From positions 202-64,201 of the forward strand of contig JAAFKB010000007.1 of assembly GCA_013299055.1 (NCBI GenBank): a DNA stretch of 64,000 bases, given 5' to 3'. The notes beneath the pieces are model-generated. The model worked only from the letters and a program-made list of their open reading frames with translations. It searched no databases and had not been told where the DNA came from. Every line of letters starts with the position of its first letter. Within the stretch, counting starts at the first letter, position 1. The position numbers and the translations under genes were made by a program. Shown here piece by piece: positions 56,301-64,000 of this stretch. This stretch comes from Sphaerotilus sp. Lineage in GTDB: Bacteria; Pseudomonadota; Gammaproteobacteria; Burkholderiales; Burkholderiaceae_C.

Positions 56301-57612
56301 GGGCTGCGTGGTCGGCGGTGCGAACAGCGTCGTGACGTCGGCGGCGGGTGCGCTGGCGGGGGGCTACAGCTTCCTGCTGCACAACCCGGTGCCGGCTGGC
56401 TGTCCGGGCGCGGCGGTCTACCAGCTGCGCATCGCCCCGACGAGCGACTACGTGGTCAGCAAGACCTTGCCTGCGCAGGCCGGCACGCTGACTCCGCCGG
56501 TCGGTTGCACCAACGGCGCCGCGGGGGGCATCTGCACCGTGCAGGTGCAGAACGCCGCCCCCACCGGCACGGCACCGACGCCTTGGTACACCGCGCTGCG
56601 GCTCGACCCGGCGGCCGGTCCGGACGTGGTGAACAACCACATCCCGCTCGACCCGTCGGTGGTCCCGGCGCTGCTGGTGATCAAGACCGGCGACCGCGCA
56701 CAGGCCGAACTCGGCGACTCGGTGCGCTACACCGTGGTGGTCAAGCGCTCGGACAGCGGACGCGCGCTGCTGCCGGCGCTGGAGGTGGTGGACACGCTGC
56801 CGGCGGGCTTCCGCTACATCGACGGCACGGCGCAGGTCAACGGCGTCAGCGTCGCCGACCCGGTCGGCAAGCCCGGCCCGGCGCTGCGCTTCCCGCTCGG
56901 TGCCCTGGCCTCGGGTGGCACGGCCACGCTGACCTACCGCGTGCGCATCGGCGTCGGTGCCCAGCAAGGCACCGGCATCAACCGCGCCCAGGCCACCGGC
57001 ACCCCCGGCGCCACCTGCGGCACGACCCCGGACGCGCTGTGTTCCAACGTCAGCCAGTACCGCGTGCGGGTCACGGGTGGCGTGTTCGCGGCCGATGCCT
57101 GCGTGGTCGGCAAGGTCTTCGTGGACTGCAACCACAACCACGTTCAAGAGGACGAGGAGCTGGGCATCCCTGGCGTGCGGATGTACCTGACCGATGGCAC
57201 CAGCCTCATCAGCGACGTGGAGGGCAAGTACAGCGTCTGCGGACTCGCTCCACGCACGCAGGTGCTGGTGGTGGACCAGACGACGCTGCCGCGCGGCAGC
57301 CGCCTGACCACCTCGTCCAGCCGCAACGCGGGCGACGCGGGCAGCCTGTTCCTCGACCTGAAGAACGGCGAACTGCACCGCGCCGACGTGGTGGAAGGCA
57401 GCTGCTCGAACCGCGTGCTGGAGCAGGTCAAGGCCCGCCGTGCCCGCGGCGAGACGCAGTCGGCCGAGACCGAGCGGCGCGGCCAGGTGCTGCGCTTCGA
57501 CGGCAAGCCCGTCACCGCACCGGCCCAGGCCACCGACAGTGCCCGCCAGCGCGGCGGCACCGTCAAGCCCCGGCAACCGGACAGCGGCGCCTCCACGGGA
57601 GCGGCGCAATGA
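50395..57612 (+). CDS. Giant Cys-rich repeat adhesin with DUF11 and SdrD-B-like domains (2405 aa)
   Basis: Signal peptide ending AAQA; tandem repeats; DUF11 PDLQVGKT..YTITARN..VVDTLPAG; SdrD-B VSGRVWVDTNHD, VGKVFVDCNHN..GIPGVR; LVIKTGD..VDTLPAGF. Confidence 0.85.
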   Translation: MSSTTAVARCLQACFFRCATLVRHAPLWWALAWLGLGSPWLAPAAQAASFNWTAASCVGAAPCTGVGGITRFSNAVSGANPRDILVEVISNTNGASVNGSIVGAVTSGVAHIDGRVNTNLTPSAVSQVRFRLRFVTVGTTTDNPLPGPVYFTSLDTDGILSPTVGGYRERFEIITPTTNLVIGPQLETTGALAGGQAYAPKVCTAADVSQPGCNDPAYGGVGNYVFYSLLNPTPNVAATAVYTGVVGNIDFAFGLEVPAVGAGTNPPSPRESFRQFGIAGGVPDADMVPTPITCTPNPVAAGAPTTCALTCTNNGPDAAINPSCDFTGTLPAGAVRSAGCGTLTGLLASGGSRACSITFTPTVGGLLNLTGGTTALNDTNGGTVVTAGNNPATGSVNVTAPTTADMVPVFSNLPTLLSPGTRYSGLTLTCGNAAGGAAALAASCAPGVSAGTVTGVACAPASGSTVAAGASVVCTFDYTSPGTAGGSDTADTAITFTGTTGATNDANLANNTATADIALIDALDEAMTTPYGTAVTLSIRVNDSRGTTAATFGNTTVTLLSVPTPGSAIDLSSGLFSTTATTPPGTYTVTYQLCASPALTPAVCDTATATIVVGPGADMVPTFGPLPGVVHPGQLYTGLTLNCTNVAGGNSAATARGTLCQPQASVGTVSNVVCNPLVGAEVASGAVQTCSFSYLAPGTQGGTDEATTAVTFTGTTGAANDLNGGVTTGGNNLATATTVVIDALDDTTGRAGGLTAQTFALDTNDQFPAGSVFSLRAGGTCASASVGSTGLATYDVPASGTCTVPYQVCAPAPDTTACDTATLTVTATAADMAAAFSGLPSALRPGQVLTGLGLTCTNVAASGAAAAATCTPTASAGTVSAVVCNPAVGGTVASGAAIACTFTYTAPGVQGGADEPALSVVFTGTTGAANDTNAVNDVVQTTATVVDAVDDNIGQPGGSTGRTTPLAPNDQYPVGSRFTGTGGTCANASVNPSGLATYDVPASGACTVTYQVCAPAPEATTCDFATLTVTAGAADLSPVFTGLPRVVGPGQRYTGLTLTCANGAGLATATAPTCAPTASVGTVGDLVCSPTPGADLAAGAAITCTFSYTAPGVRGGVDEPALDVVFRGQTGAVNDSNGGTSANGNNLTLASATLVDALDDTDTKPAGLTGQTSNVASNDQYPAGSTFTRTGGSCAFASMAPTGIATYDMPASGACTVVYQVCAPAPEAASCDTATLTVTVNSSDMVPTFAGLPTVVRPGQSITGLSLTCRNTTGLAAATGALCQPAVSIGTLTNLQCTPATGSTVADGASIVCTFGYTTPGTVGGSRETVASVVFTGTTGASNDGNGGLTTGGNNSVSSAAALVDAVNDGPATVPSTGARVPLYGNDTLGGAAVAVVQVVPTLVDTSSLIGASVDAATGELVVPAGAVPGAYTLTYQLCAASAPTVCDQATVTVNVQGADMVPTFSGLPAATSPGVPVTGTLTCTNNGPTAATQATCAAPGATVGACTVGGVAVVLPVANLSAGSAIVCAITATAPANGLLALTGVTGATNDTVGGTGTGGNNSTTATLSVIDAVNDGPVTLPAAGGTIALLGNDTLGGTAITPVQVSVTLTNLGGLTGAMVDAQGRVAVPANTAPGAYTLTYQICVSPAVIPAACDTATVVVNVLGEPDLQVGKTHSPAVFTERRTGTYTITARNSGAFPTSLPYTVVDTLPAGMTVAAVPTGTGWDCSTTALGATTATCTSSTVVAAGGSAPAITLVVHVAAGACATPDANGLCSVAAGTALVNQVGIRGGGESGTGPTGTNNTGTDPTPVQQAGAVSGRVWVDTNHDRVQGGGESGVAGMRVEVLDATGAVAGTATTDALGDYRVDALLPGTGYAVRFVDPVSGAYYGRPLSNDPAGGNDPTAASGTGVVTSGMIRDLTVPSGQRARINQSLPLDPSGIVYGTDTRTPVGGVRVELLDAAGTLVPAGCVVGGANSVVTSAAGALAGGYSFLLHNPVPAGCPGAAVYQLRIAPTSDYVVSKTLPAQAGTLTPPVGCTNGAAGGICTVQVQNAAPTGTAPTPWYTALRLDPAAGPDVVNNHIPLDPSVVPALLVIKTGDRAQAELGDSVRYTVVVKRSDSGRALLPALEVVDTLPAGFRYIDGTAQVNGVSVADPVGKPGPALRFPLGALASGGTATLTYRVRIGVGAQQGTGINRAQATGTPGATCGTTPDALCSNVSQYRVRVTGGVFAADACVVGKVFVDCNHNHVQEDEELGIPGVRMYLTDGTSLISDVEGKYSVCGLAPRTQVLVVDQTTLPRGSRLTTSSSRNAGDAGSLFLDLKNGELHRADVVEGSCSNRVLEQVKARRARGETQSAETERRGQVLRFDGKPVTAPAQATDSARQRGGTVKPRQPDSGASTGAAQ
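51604..55398 (+). repeat. Six tandem ~630-bp two-domain repeats within the adhesin gene
   Basis: Units begin (A/S)D(M/L) at 51604, 52243, 52882, 53494, 54121, 54769; each has LT(L)TC.N..C..C..C..GTTGA.ND followed by (I/V)DA.(D/N)D..YQ.C..CD.AT. Confidence 0.85.
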
Positions 57613-60600
57613 GACTGCACACGAACAACACCCAGAACGTGAACCCCACGATGCCCGTCCAGACCCGTGCCCTCCATGCTGTGGCCGCTGCGGTGGTCCT
57701 GCTCGGCGCCGGGACCGCCCGCGCCGAGCTGGGCGACCCTGCGCGCTACCAGCCGCTGTTCCCGGCCGTCGCGCCTGCTGCGGCGCCCGCCGTGGTGCTC
57801 GATGGCCAGTACGCCGCCAATGCCCGTGTCGGGCGCATCCGGGTCGAGGTGCAGGGTGCGGGCGGTCCTGCCGATGGGGTCACGCCCGTCAGCATCACCG
57901 TGTCCGTGCTCGACCGCGCCGGCCAGCCGCTGCGCGAGGCCGTGCTGCTCACCATCGAGCACGGCGGAACCGCCCGGCTGCAGCTGCCCGGCAACCCGAC
58001 CGACGAGTTCGGCCCCAGCCGCAAGGATGCCGACCGGCGCGTGCCGGGGACGCAGCTGAAGGTGCTGGGCGGTCAGGCGACGTTCCAGCTGATCGCCCCG
58101 AGCCAGCCCGAGGACGTGCCGCTGCGGCTCACGGCAGGTGAGGCCGAGGTGTCGGGTCTGATCGCCTTCGCCCCCGATCTGCGCGAGATGATCGCCGCCG
58201 GTCTGGTCGAAGGCGTCATCGGCAGCACCCGCCGCCGCTACGACAACGCCATCGCCCCGGCCCGGGTGGACGACGGCTTCGAGGCCGAGCTGCGCCAGTG
58301 GAGCCGTGGCTTCGACAACGGGCGTGGCACTGCGGCGGCCCGGGCCGCGCTGTTCCTGAAGGGCAAGATCCGCGGCGACCTGCTGCTGACGATGGCCTAC
58401 GACAGCGACAAGGACACCCGCGCCCGTCTGCTCAACGACATCAAGCCCGAAGAGTTCTACCCCGTCTACGGAGATTCCAGCGTCAAGGGGTTCGAGGCGA
58501 AGAGTTCGTCCAAGCTCTTCGTGCGGCTCGACAAGGACCGCCACTTCCTGCTGTATGGCGACTTCTCGACCGGCGACGGCGCCACGGCGGCGGCCGGCGG
58601 TGGCGTCGTGGCGGGCACCCGGATGCGCCAGCTCGGGGCCTACCAGCGGGTGATGACCGGCGTGCGTGGGCACTGGGAAACGCCGACCGGGGTGGCCAAC
58701 GCCTACGCCAGCCGCGACACGCTGCGCCACGTCGTCGAAGAGGTGCAGGCCAACGGCACCAGCGGCCCCTTCGCGGTCAGCGGCACGCAGGCCTTGGAGA
58801 ACAGCGAGCAGGTGCAGCTCGTCGTGCGCGACCGGAACAACCGGGACACCGTGCTCTCGGTGACGACGCTGGTGCGGCTCAACGACTACAGCTTCGAGCC
58901 GTTCAGCGGCCGCATCCTGCTGACCCGCCCGGTGCCCAGCCAGGACGCGGACGGCAACCCCGTCTCGCTGCGCATCCGCTACGAGATCGACCAGGGGGGC
59001 GAAGCGTTCTGGCTGGTCGGCGCGGACGCGCAGGTCAACCTGGGCGAGCGTGTCACCCTGGGTGGCAGCGCCGTGGAGGACCGCAACCCGAACGCCCGCT
59101 TCCGTCTCGCCAGCGTCAACGGCGGTGTCAAGCTGTCCGAGCAGACCAGCCTGGTCGCCGAACTCGCCTTCACCGACGCCGACCTCGCCGCCTTGCGCCC
59201 CACGTTGACGGGCGTTGGCAACACGCCGCTGCCCGGCGGCGACACCACGATCGGCCGCGCCGGCCGCATCGAGCTGGCCCACCGCAGCGACACGCTCACC
59301 GCCAAGGTCTACGCCAGCCGCACCGGCGCGGGGTTTGCCAACACGGCGGCGGGTGTGCTGCCGGGCAGCCAGCAGGTCGGCGCCTCGGCGGCGCTCAAGG
59401 CGACCGCTGCCGTCACCGTCAAGACCGATGCCCAGCGCACCGACGACACCGACACCGACGCCCGCCGCACCGGCCTGACCGTCGGCGCCGAGGTGGCGGT
59501 GACACCGGCGCTGACCTTGGGGGGTGGGCTGCGCCGCATCGAGGAACGCGGCCGGATCCGCGGCGCGCTCGCCACGCTGGGCGCCAACCCGAGCGCAGGC
59601 AGCTACTTCACGCCTGGTTCGGAAGGCGGTTTCAGTGGCGCGGGCAGCAGCACGCTGTTCAACCTCAACAACGCCATCGCCACCACCGGTGCCGCCCCCG
59701 GCACGGTCCCGGATCTGGAGGCCACCACCGCCTTCGTCACCGCCGCCTTCAAGGCCACCGACCGGCTCACGCTGCGGGCGCTGGCCGAGGCCGACGTGAA
59801 CGGCGACGACCGCCACCGGGTCGAACTGGGTGCCAGCTATCAGATCGCCGAACGTACTCGGCTTTATCTGCGTGGCGAATCTCAGACTGGCCTGTCGTCG
59901 CAGTACGCCCTCGACAGCGCCGCCCACAGCAACGCCATCGCCCTGGGCATCGACGGCAGCTACATGGAAGGTGGCAACGTCTTCAGCGAATACCGGCTGC
60001 GCGACGCCACGGATGGCCGCGCTTCCCAGGTGGCCACCGGCGTGCGCAACGTCTGGCACGTCCGCGAAGGGCTGGCGCTGACCACCGGGCTGGAGCGACT
60101 GAAGATCCTCGATGGCACCGGCCAGAACGCCACCGCCGCCGCGCTGGGCGCCGACTACACCGCCAGCGAGTGGTGGAAGGCGTCGGGCCGGCTGGAATGG
60201 CGGCGGCTGGACAGCGTGTCCGCCAACGTGACGCAGGACAGCTGGCTCTCCACCGTGACCGTGGTGCGCAAGCTCGACCGCGACTGGACCGCGCTGGCCC
60301 GCAACTACTACCTCGCCACCGACCACCACGGCGCGCGTCCGGACGGCTGGCAGGACCGTTTCCAGATCGGATTCGCGTACCGGCCGGTGGACCACAACCG
60401 CCTCGATGTGCTGGGCAAATACGAGTACAAGACCGAGGACAACATCAATGCCACCGACGAGGCACGCCGGGTCCACATCGGCGCGCTGCAGGCGAACTGG
60501 CACCCGAGCCGGGTCTGGTGGACCTCGGCCCGTGTCGCGGCGAAGGACGTGCGCGAGCGTTTCCCGACCACCCAAGGTGGGGGCGACGACCGCTACCAGG

Positions 60601-60914
60601 CGTGGCTGCTGGGCGGTCGCCTCGTCTACGACGTGACCGAACACTGGGATCTCGGCCTGCAAGCCAGCGTGATGCGCGGCAAGGCGGACGGCCAGACCGG
60701 CTCGGCGTGGCAGAAGTCGATCGGCGTGGAAGCGGGCTACCTCGTCAGCACCAACCTGTGGCTGTCGGCGGGCGTCAACTGGGCCGGCTTCAGCGACCGC
60801 GACCTGTCGAGCGACTACACCGCCCGGGGCATCTACCTGCGCCTGCGCTACAAGTTCGACGCCGACCTCTGGGCCGGCAGCAATCCCGACATCAACCGCA
60901 GCCTGCCGCGTTGA
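57609..60914 (+). CDS. Predicted large outer-membrane beta-barrel protein partnered with the DUF11 adhesin
   Basis: ATGA overlap with the adhesin; signal peptide ending TARA; LFLKGKIRG..LLTMAYDS..YPVYGDSS; many amphipathic strands ending YLRLRYKF. Confidence 0.7.
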   Translation: MRLHTNNTQNVNPTMPVQTRALHAVAAAVVLLGAGTARAELGDPARYQPLFPAVAPAAAPAVVLDGQYAANARVGRIRVEVQGAGGPADGVTPVSITVSVLDRAGQPLREAVLLTIEHGGTARLQLPGNPTDEFGPSRKDADRRVPGTQLKVLGGQATFQLIAPSQPEDVPLRLTAGEAEVSGLIAFAPDLREMIAAGLVEGVIGSTRRRYDNAIAPARVDDGFEAELRQWSRGFDNGRGTAAARAALFLKGKIRGDLLLTMAYDSDKDTRARLLNDIKPEEFYPVYGDSSVKGFEAKSSSKLFVRLDKDRHFLLYGDFSTGDGATAAAGGGVVAGTRMRQLGAYQRVMTGVRGHWETPTGVANAYASRDTLRHVVEEVQANGTSGPFAVSGTQALENSEQVQLVVRDRNNRDTVLSVTTLVRLNDYSFEPFSGRILLTRPVPSQDADGNPVSLRIRYEIDQGGEAFWLVGADAQVNLGERVTLGGSAVEDRNPNARFRLASVNGGVKLSEQTSLVAELAFTDADLAALRPTLTGVGNTPLPGGDTTIGRAGRIELAHRSDTLTAKVYASRTGAGFANTAAGVLPGSQQVGASAALKATAAVTVKTDAQRTDDTDTDARRTGLTVGAEVAVTPALTLGGGLRRIEERGRIRGALATLGANPSAGSYFTPGSEGGFSGAGSSTLFNLNNAIATTGAAPGTVPDLEATTAFVTAAFKATDRLTLRALAEADVNGDDRHRVELGASYQIAERTRLYLRGESQTGLSSQYALDSAAHSNAIALGIDGSYMEGGNVFSEYRLRDATDGRASQVATGVRNVWHVREGLALTTGLERLKILDGTGQNATAAALGADYTASEWWKASGRLEWRRLDSVSANVTQDSWLSTVTVVRKLDRDWTALARNYYLATDHHGARPDGWQDRFQIGFAYRPVDHNRLDVLGKYEYKTEDNINATDEARRVHIGALQANWHPSRVWWTSARVAAKDVRERFPTTQGGGDDRYQAWLLGGRLVYDVTEHWDLGLQASVMRGKADGQTGSAWQKSIGVEAGYLVSTNLWLSAGVNWAGFSDRDLSSDYTARGIYLRLRYKFDADLWAGSNPDINRSLPR

Positions 60915-60919
60915 ACGCG

Positions 60920-62023
60920 ATGAAGTTGACGCACATGAACCACAACACTTCCACCGTCTCTCCCCGCATGGCGCTGCGTCCCCTGGTGCTGGCCCTCGGC
61001 TTGCTGGCCATGGTGCCGCAGGTCCATGCCGATGCCGCCACCGATGGCGCACTCGCCGCCGACCACCGTGGCTACCAGCTGCAGCAGGATGCGATCCAGG
61101 CCCTCAACGACACGGGTCGCCACCGCCTGGCCAGCTATCCCCTGGCGAAGGCGCAGTGCTGGCTCGACGTGAGCTTCCACGAGTACACGCGCAACGACCG
61201 CTCCGCCTTCCCGCAGGGTGCGCTGGACGCCTCGCGTGCGATCACCGGCTTCCTCGCCCGTGGCGGTGCGCCCGGCGCGGCAGACAACCCGGCGCAGCAG
61301 ACGCCGCTCGTCAACGACGCGCTCAAGCTGCGCGACGATCTGTGGGCGCAGGCTGCGGCGCTGAAGGCCCACACCGGCTGGCGCTGTGCGGAGAAGCTGG
61401 TGGCCTGCGGTGAAGTCGAGCTGGTGCATGCGGGCAACGAACACCGCCAGCAAGGCTGGCGCCACGCCAAGCCTTACGTGCAGATCGCCGAAGACCTGTT
61501 CCACGACGCCCGTCTGGCGGCTGAAGCCTGTCCGGCGCTGCCGGTGCCGGTGCCAGTCGTCGCTTCGGCGGTGCCGGCGGCGACGACGGTGCCAGCGCCG
61601 GTCGTTCCACCCGCAGTGCCTGCACCGGTGGTGCGAGAGCGCGTGGTGCTCAGTGCCAGCGTGCTGTTCGCCTTCGACCGCCGCACGCTGGCGGACCTGC
61701 TGCCGGAAGGGCGGGGCCAGCTTGACCAGCTCGTCGCCCGGCTCGACCGCGTCTACGCCCGCGTGGACCGCCTGGAGCTGGTGGGCCACACCGACCGCCT
61801 GGGTCGCGAGGACTACAACGCCCGGCTGTCCGCGGACCGCGCCGAGACCATCCGCGCCTACCTGCAGCAGCAGGGCGTGAAGGCCGAGATCGTGGCCAGC
61901 GGGCGCGGGGCGACCGAGCCGCTGCCCAACCTGGTCTGCACGCAGCGCACGCCGGCCGCACTGGCCCAGTGCCTGCAGCCCCACCGCCGCGTCGAGATCA
62001 GCATCACGGGCGTGCCGCGCTGA
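60920..62023 (+). CDS. OmpA-family peptidoglycan-binding protein
   Basis: Signal peptide; helical N-domain with Cys; Pro-rich linker; VLFAFD, GHTDRLG..YN..LS..RA, RRVEI. Confidence 0.88.
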   Translation: MKLTHMNHNTSTVSPRMALRPLVLALGLLAMVPQVHADAATDGALAADHRGYQLQQDAIQALNDTGRHRLASYPLAKAQCWLDVSFHEYTRNDRSAFPQGALDASRAITGFLARGGAPGAADNPAQQTPLVNDALKLRDDLWAQAAALKAHTGWRCAEKLVACGEVELVHAGNEHRQQGWRHAKPYVQIAEDLFHDARLAAEACPALPVPVPVVASAVPAATTVPAPVVPPAVPAPVVRERVVLSASVLFAFDRRTLADLLPEGRGQLDQLVARLDRVYARVDRLELVGHTDRLGREDYNARLSADRAETIRAYLQQQGVKAEIVASGRGATEPLPNLVCTQRTPAALAQCLQPHRRVEISITGVPR

Positions 62024-62071
62024 GTCCTGGAGGTCTGGCCTGGCGCCGAAAAGCCGTTATGCTCCTGGGCG

Positions 62072-63466
62072 ATGCAGTACCGTTCCGGCACGCCAGCCGA
62101 TGACGCCCCGGACATGACAACCCAGATCTGGCACCAAGTGGTCCGACAGGACATCGAGTGCACGGTGGACAACCCCGACGTGCTGGCGTTGTTGCGCCAC
62201 TGGCACGCCAGCCGGGGCGACCAGCCGCGTGGCACGCTGGCCATGTTCCATGCGGGACGCTGGTCGGCGCTGCATCCGCGCCTGATGCTGCTGCAGCGCG
62301 AGGGCGACGGGTTCGTCTACGGCCACTACGGCAGCGAGATCGCCCGCTATTCGCAGGGCGACATGACCGGGCGGCGTGTCGCCGATTTCGGCGGCCGGCT
62401 CACCGCGTTCTTCAGCGACTGCTACCACGACGCGCTGGCCAGCGACCAGCCGCTCTACACCGTCCACGTCTCCGACCGCTCGCAGGCGGTCTTCACCTGG
62501 GAGCGGCTGATCCTGCCGCTGGTGGACGAGGCTGGCGGTGACTGGCTGCTGACCTACGGGCACCCGCTGCAGATGCGCCACCAGCTGTATGCCTCGGTGC
62601 TCGACGCCACCGGCGACGCCTTGCTGGCGCTGCGCCGCGTGCGCGACGCGCAGGGTGCTGACCTGGGCTGGATGGTGCTGCTGGTCAACCCTGCCTTCAC
62701 CGAGATGTTCGGCGTGGTCTCCAAGGCCGTGGTCGGCTACCTGGCCCACCAGGTGCTGGCGGAGTGGGGCGCGCTCAACGTGGATGCCGAGTGCCTGCTG
62801 ACCCTGGCATCACGCGGCCACCGTGCGGTGACGCGGGTGCTGCTGACCAGCCAGAACCAGCTGCGCTACCTGGACCTCCAGATCCGGCCGCTGCAGGACG
62901 GCGTGGTCGTGAGCCTGACCGACGCGACCGACCTGCACGAAGCCCAGACGCGCCTGCGCCATCTGGCCACCACCGACGCCCTGACCGGGCTGGCCAACCG
63001 GCGCGAGTTCGACGACCAGCTGCGGCTGGAGGTCCAGCGCGCACGCCGCTCGGGAGAACCGCTGACGCTGGTGATGGCCGACATCGACGCCTTCAAGCTC
63101 TACAACGACCACTGCGGTCACGCCGCGGGCGACGACTGCCTGCGCCAGTTCGCGCTGATCCTGAAATCGATCTTTGCCCGCGAACTCGACGTGGTTGCCC
63201 GCTACGGCGGCGAGGAATTCGCGGTGCTGCTGCCAGGCACGGGCGTGGAGGGTGCGCTCAACCTCACCGAGCGCATGCTGCTGCGGCTGGCCCGCGAGGC
63301 GCTGCCGCATCCGGCCTCCCCGGTGGCGGAGGTGGTGACGGCCAGCTTCGGCGTGGCGGTGTTCCAGCGCCAGGGCGACGATGAGGTGCGCCTGCTGCGC
63401 CGCGCCGACACTGCGCTCTACGAGGCCAAGCAGACGGGGCGCAACCGGGTGTGCCGGGCACGGTGA
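62072..63466 (+). CDS. Cytoplasmic PAS-PAS-GGDEF diguanylate cyclase
   Basis: DALTGLANRR, DIDAFKLYND, I-site RELD, GGEEF, LYEAKQTGRN; N-terminal PAS-like DMTGRRV motif. Confidence 0.9.
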   Translation: MQYRSGTPADDAPDMTTQIWHQVVRQDIECTVDNPDVLALLRHWHASRGDQPRGTLAMFHAGRWSALHPRLMLLQREGDGFVYGHYGSEIARYSQGDMTGRRVADFGGRLTAFFSDCYHDALASDQPLYTVHVSDRSQAVFTWERLILPLVDEAGGDWLLTYGHPLQMRHQLYASVLDATGDALLALRRVRDAQGADLGWMVLLVNPAFTEMFGVVSKAVVGYLAHQVLAEWGALNVDAECLLTLASRGHRAVTRVLLTSQNQLRYLDLQIRPLQDGVVVSLTDATDLHEAQTRLRHLATTDALTGLANRREFDDQLRLEVQRARRSGEPLTLVMADIDAFKLYNDHCGHAAGDDCLRQFALILKSIFARELDVVARYGGEEFAVLLPGTGVEGALNLTERMLLRLAREALPHPASPVAEVVTASFGVAVFQRQGDDEVRLLRRADTALYEAKQTGRNRVCRAR

Positions 63467-63532
63467 ATGGCCGTGCTGCAGGTCACGCGAGGAGAATCTG
63501 GATCGGCGAGCTGTTCTGACGAGGCTGGCGCT

Positions 63533-63916
63533 TCATCCGTCTTTCTTGAACATGCCGGCAACTTCCTTGACGATGTCCTTCAAGGCCTCCCATGACGGCA
63601 CTGCCGTGCCGTCGTTCGCTTCCGGTTCCAGTCTCCTGAACGCGGCACGCATGGTGGTGACGACGATCACGGTCATGGGCAGGACAATCGCCCCAAGCAG
63701 CAGCGTCGAATGCCAGTCGAACTTGTCTTTCGTCGCGTACAGGTACAGCAGGCTGCCCACGACACAGAGCGCGGCCAGCAAGAGAAGACAGGCCGTGGCG
63801 AGTGCAAAGCTGAACGCTGACTTCTGAAGACCAATCCGGTGGCTGTGCTCTTCGAGCCCAAGATTCGTCAGCTTCTGTTCGGTGTCGGAGAGGCTTCCTT
63901 CGCTCAGGTCAGCCAT
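63533..63916 (-). CDS. Small two-TM hypothetical membrane protein
   Basis: Two hydrophobic helices (FALATACLLLLAALCVVGSLLYL; TLLLGAIVLPMTVIVVTTM); atypical codon usage. Confidence 0.6.
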   Translation of the reverse strand: MADLSEGSLSDTEQKLTNLGLEEHSHRIGLQKSAFSFALATACLLLLAALCVVGSLLYLYATKDKFDWHSTLLLGAIVLPMTVIVVTTMRAAFRRLEPEANDGTAVPSWEALKDIVKEVAGMFKKDG

Positions 63917-64000
63917 GCAGCAGGCCCAGGTTCTGGAGTCGGAAGCGCATGGCTGCCTGCGAAACATTGAATCCAGACGCCAGGCGCGTGATGTCCAGCA

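Overview
GC-rich betaproteobacterial chromosome segment (Burkholderiales-like, probably Sphaerotilus/Leptothrix/Rubrivivax group; inferred from gene content and codon style). From left to right: (1) TCA-cycle genes (mdh 3' end, CitE-family lyase, acnB) with an SdhR-type palindrome. (2) A type I restriction-modification locus (hsdR-fic-orf-orf-hsdS-prrC-hsdM) carrying a class III Fic toxin and a PrrC anticodon nuclease. (3) Small secreted/periplasmic genes. (4) A minus-strand operon: GAF-HlyD, RRE-M50 peptidase-HlyD, SecA-like ATPase, adaptor, LEPR-XLL surface protein, diguanylate cyclase. (5) phoX with a 4-unit Pho box. (6) A compositionally distinct ~11.4 kb island: LPD3-like gene, vsr, a C5 DNA methyltransferase containing a G10 tract, and three coupled genes resembling the DptF/DptG/DptH phosphorothioate-restriction module but with no dnd genes in the window. 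(7) uvrD. (8) A 1784-aa lipoprotein fusing an intact copper-radical oxidase to lectin domains and a di-heme peroxidase-like domain, followed by cytochrome c and SCO genes. (9) A Cys-rich DUF11/SdrD adhesin, predicted beta-barrel, OmpA and diguanylate cyclase cluster. The best candidate for an undescribed system is the 5mC-methylase + DptFGH-like defence module, followed by the oxidase-peroxidase fusion operon and the SecA-like/M50 export operon. No rRNA, tRNA, CRISPR array, integrase or transposase was recognised. All family calls come from motifs read by eye, not from database searches.
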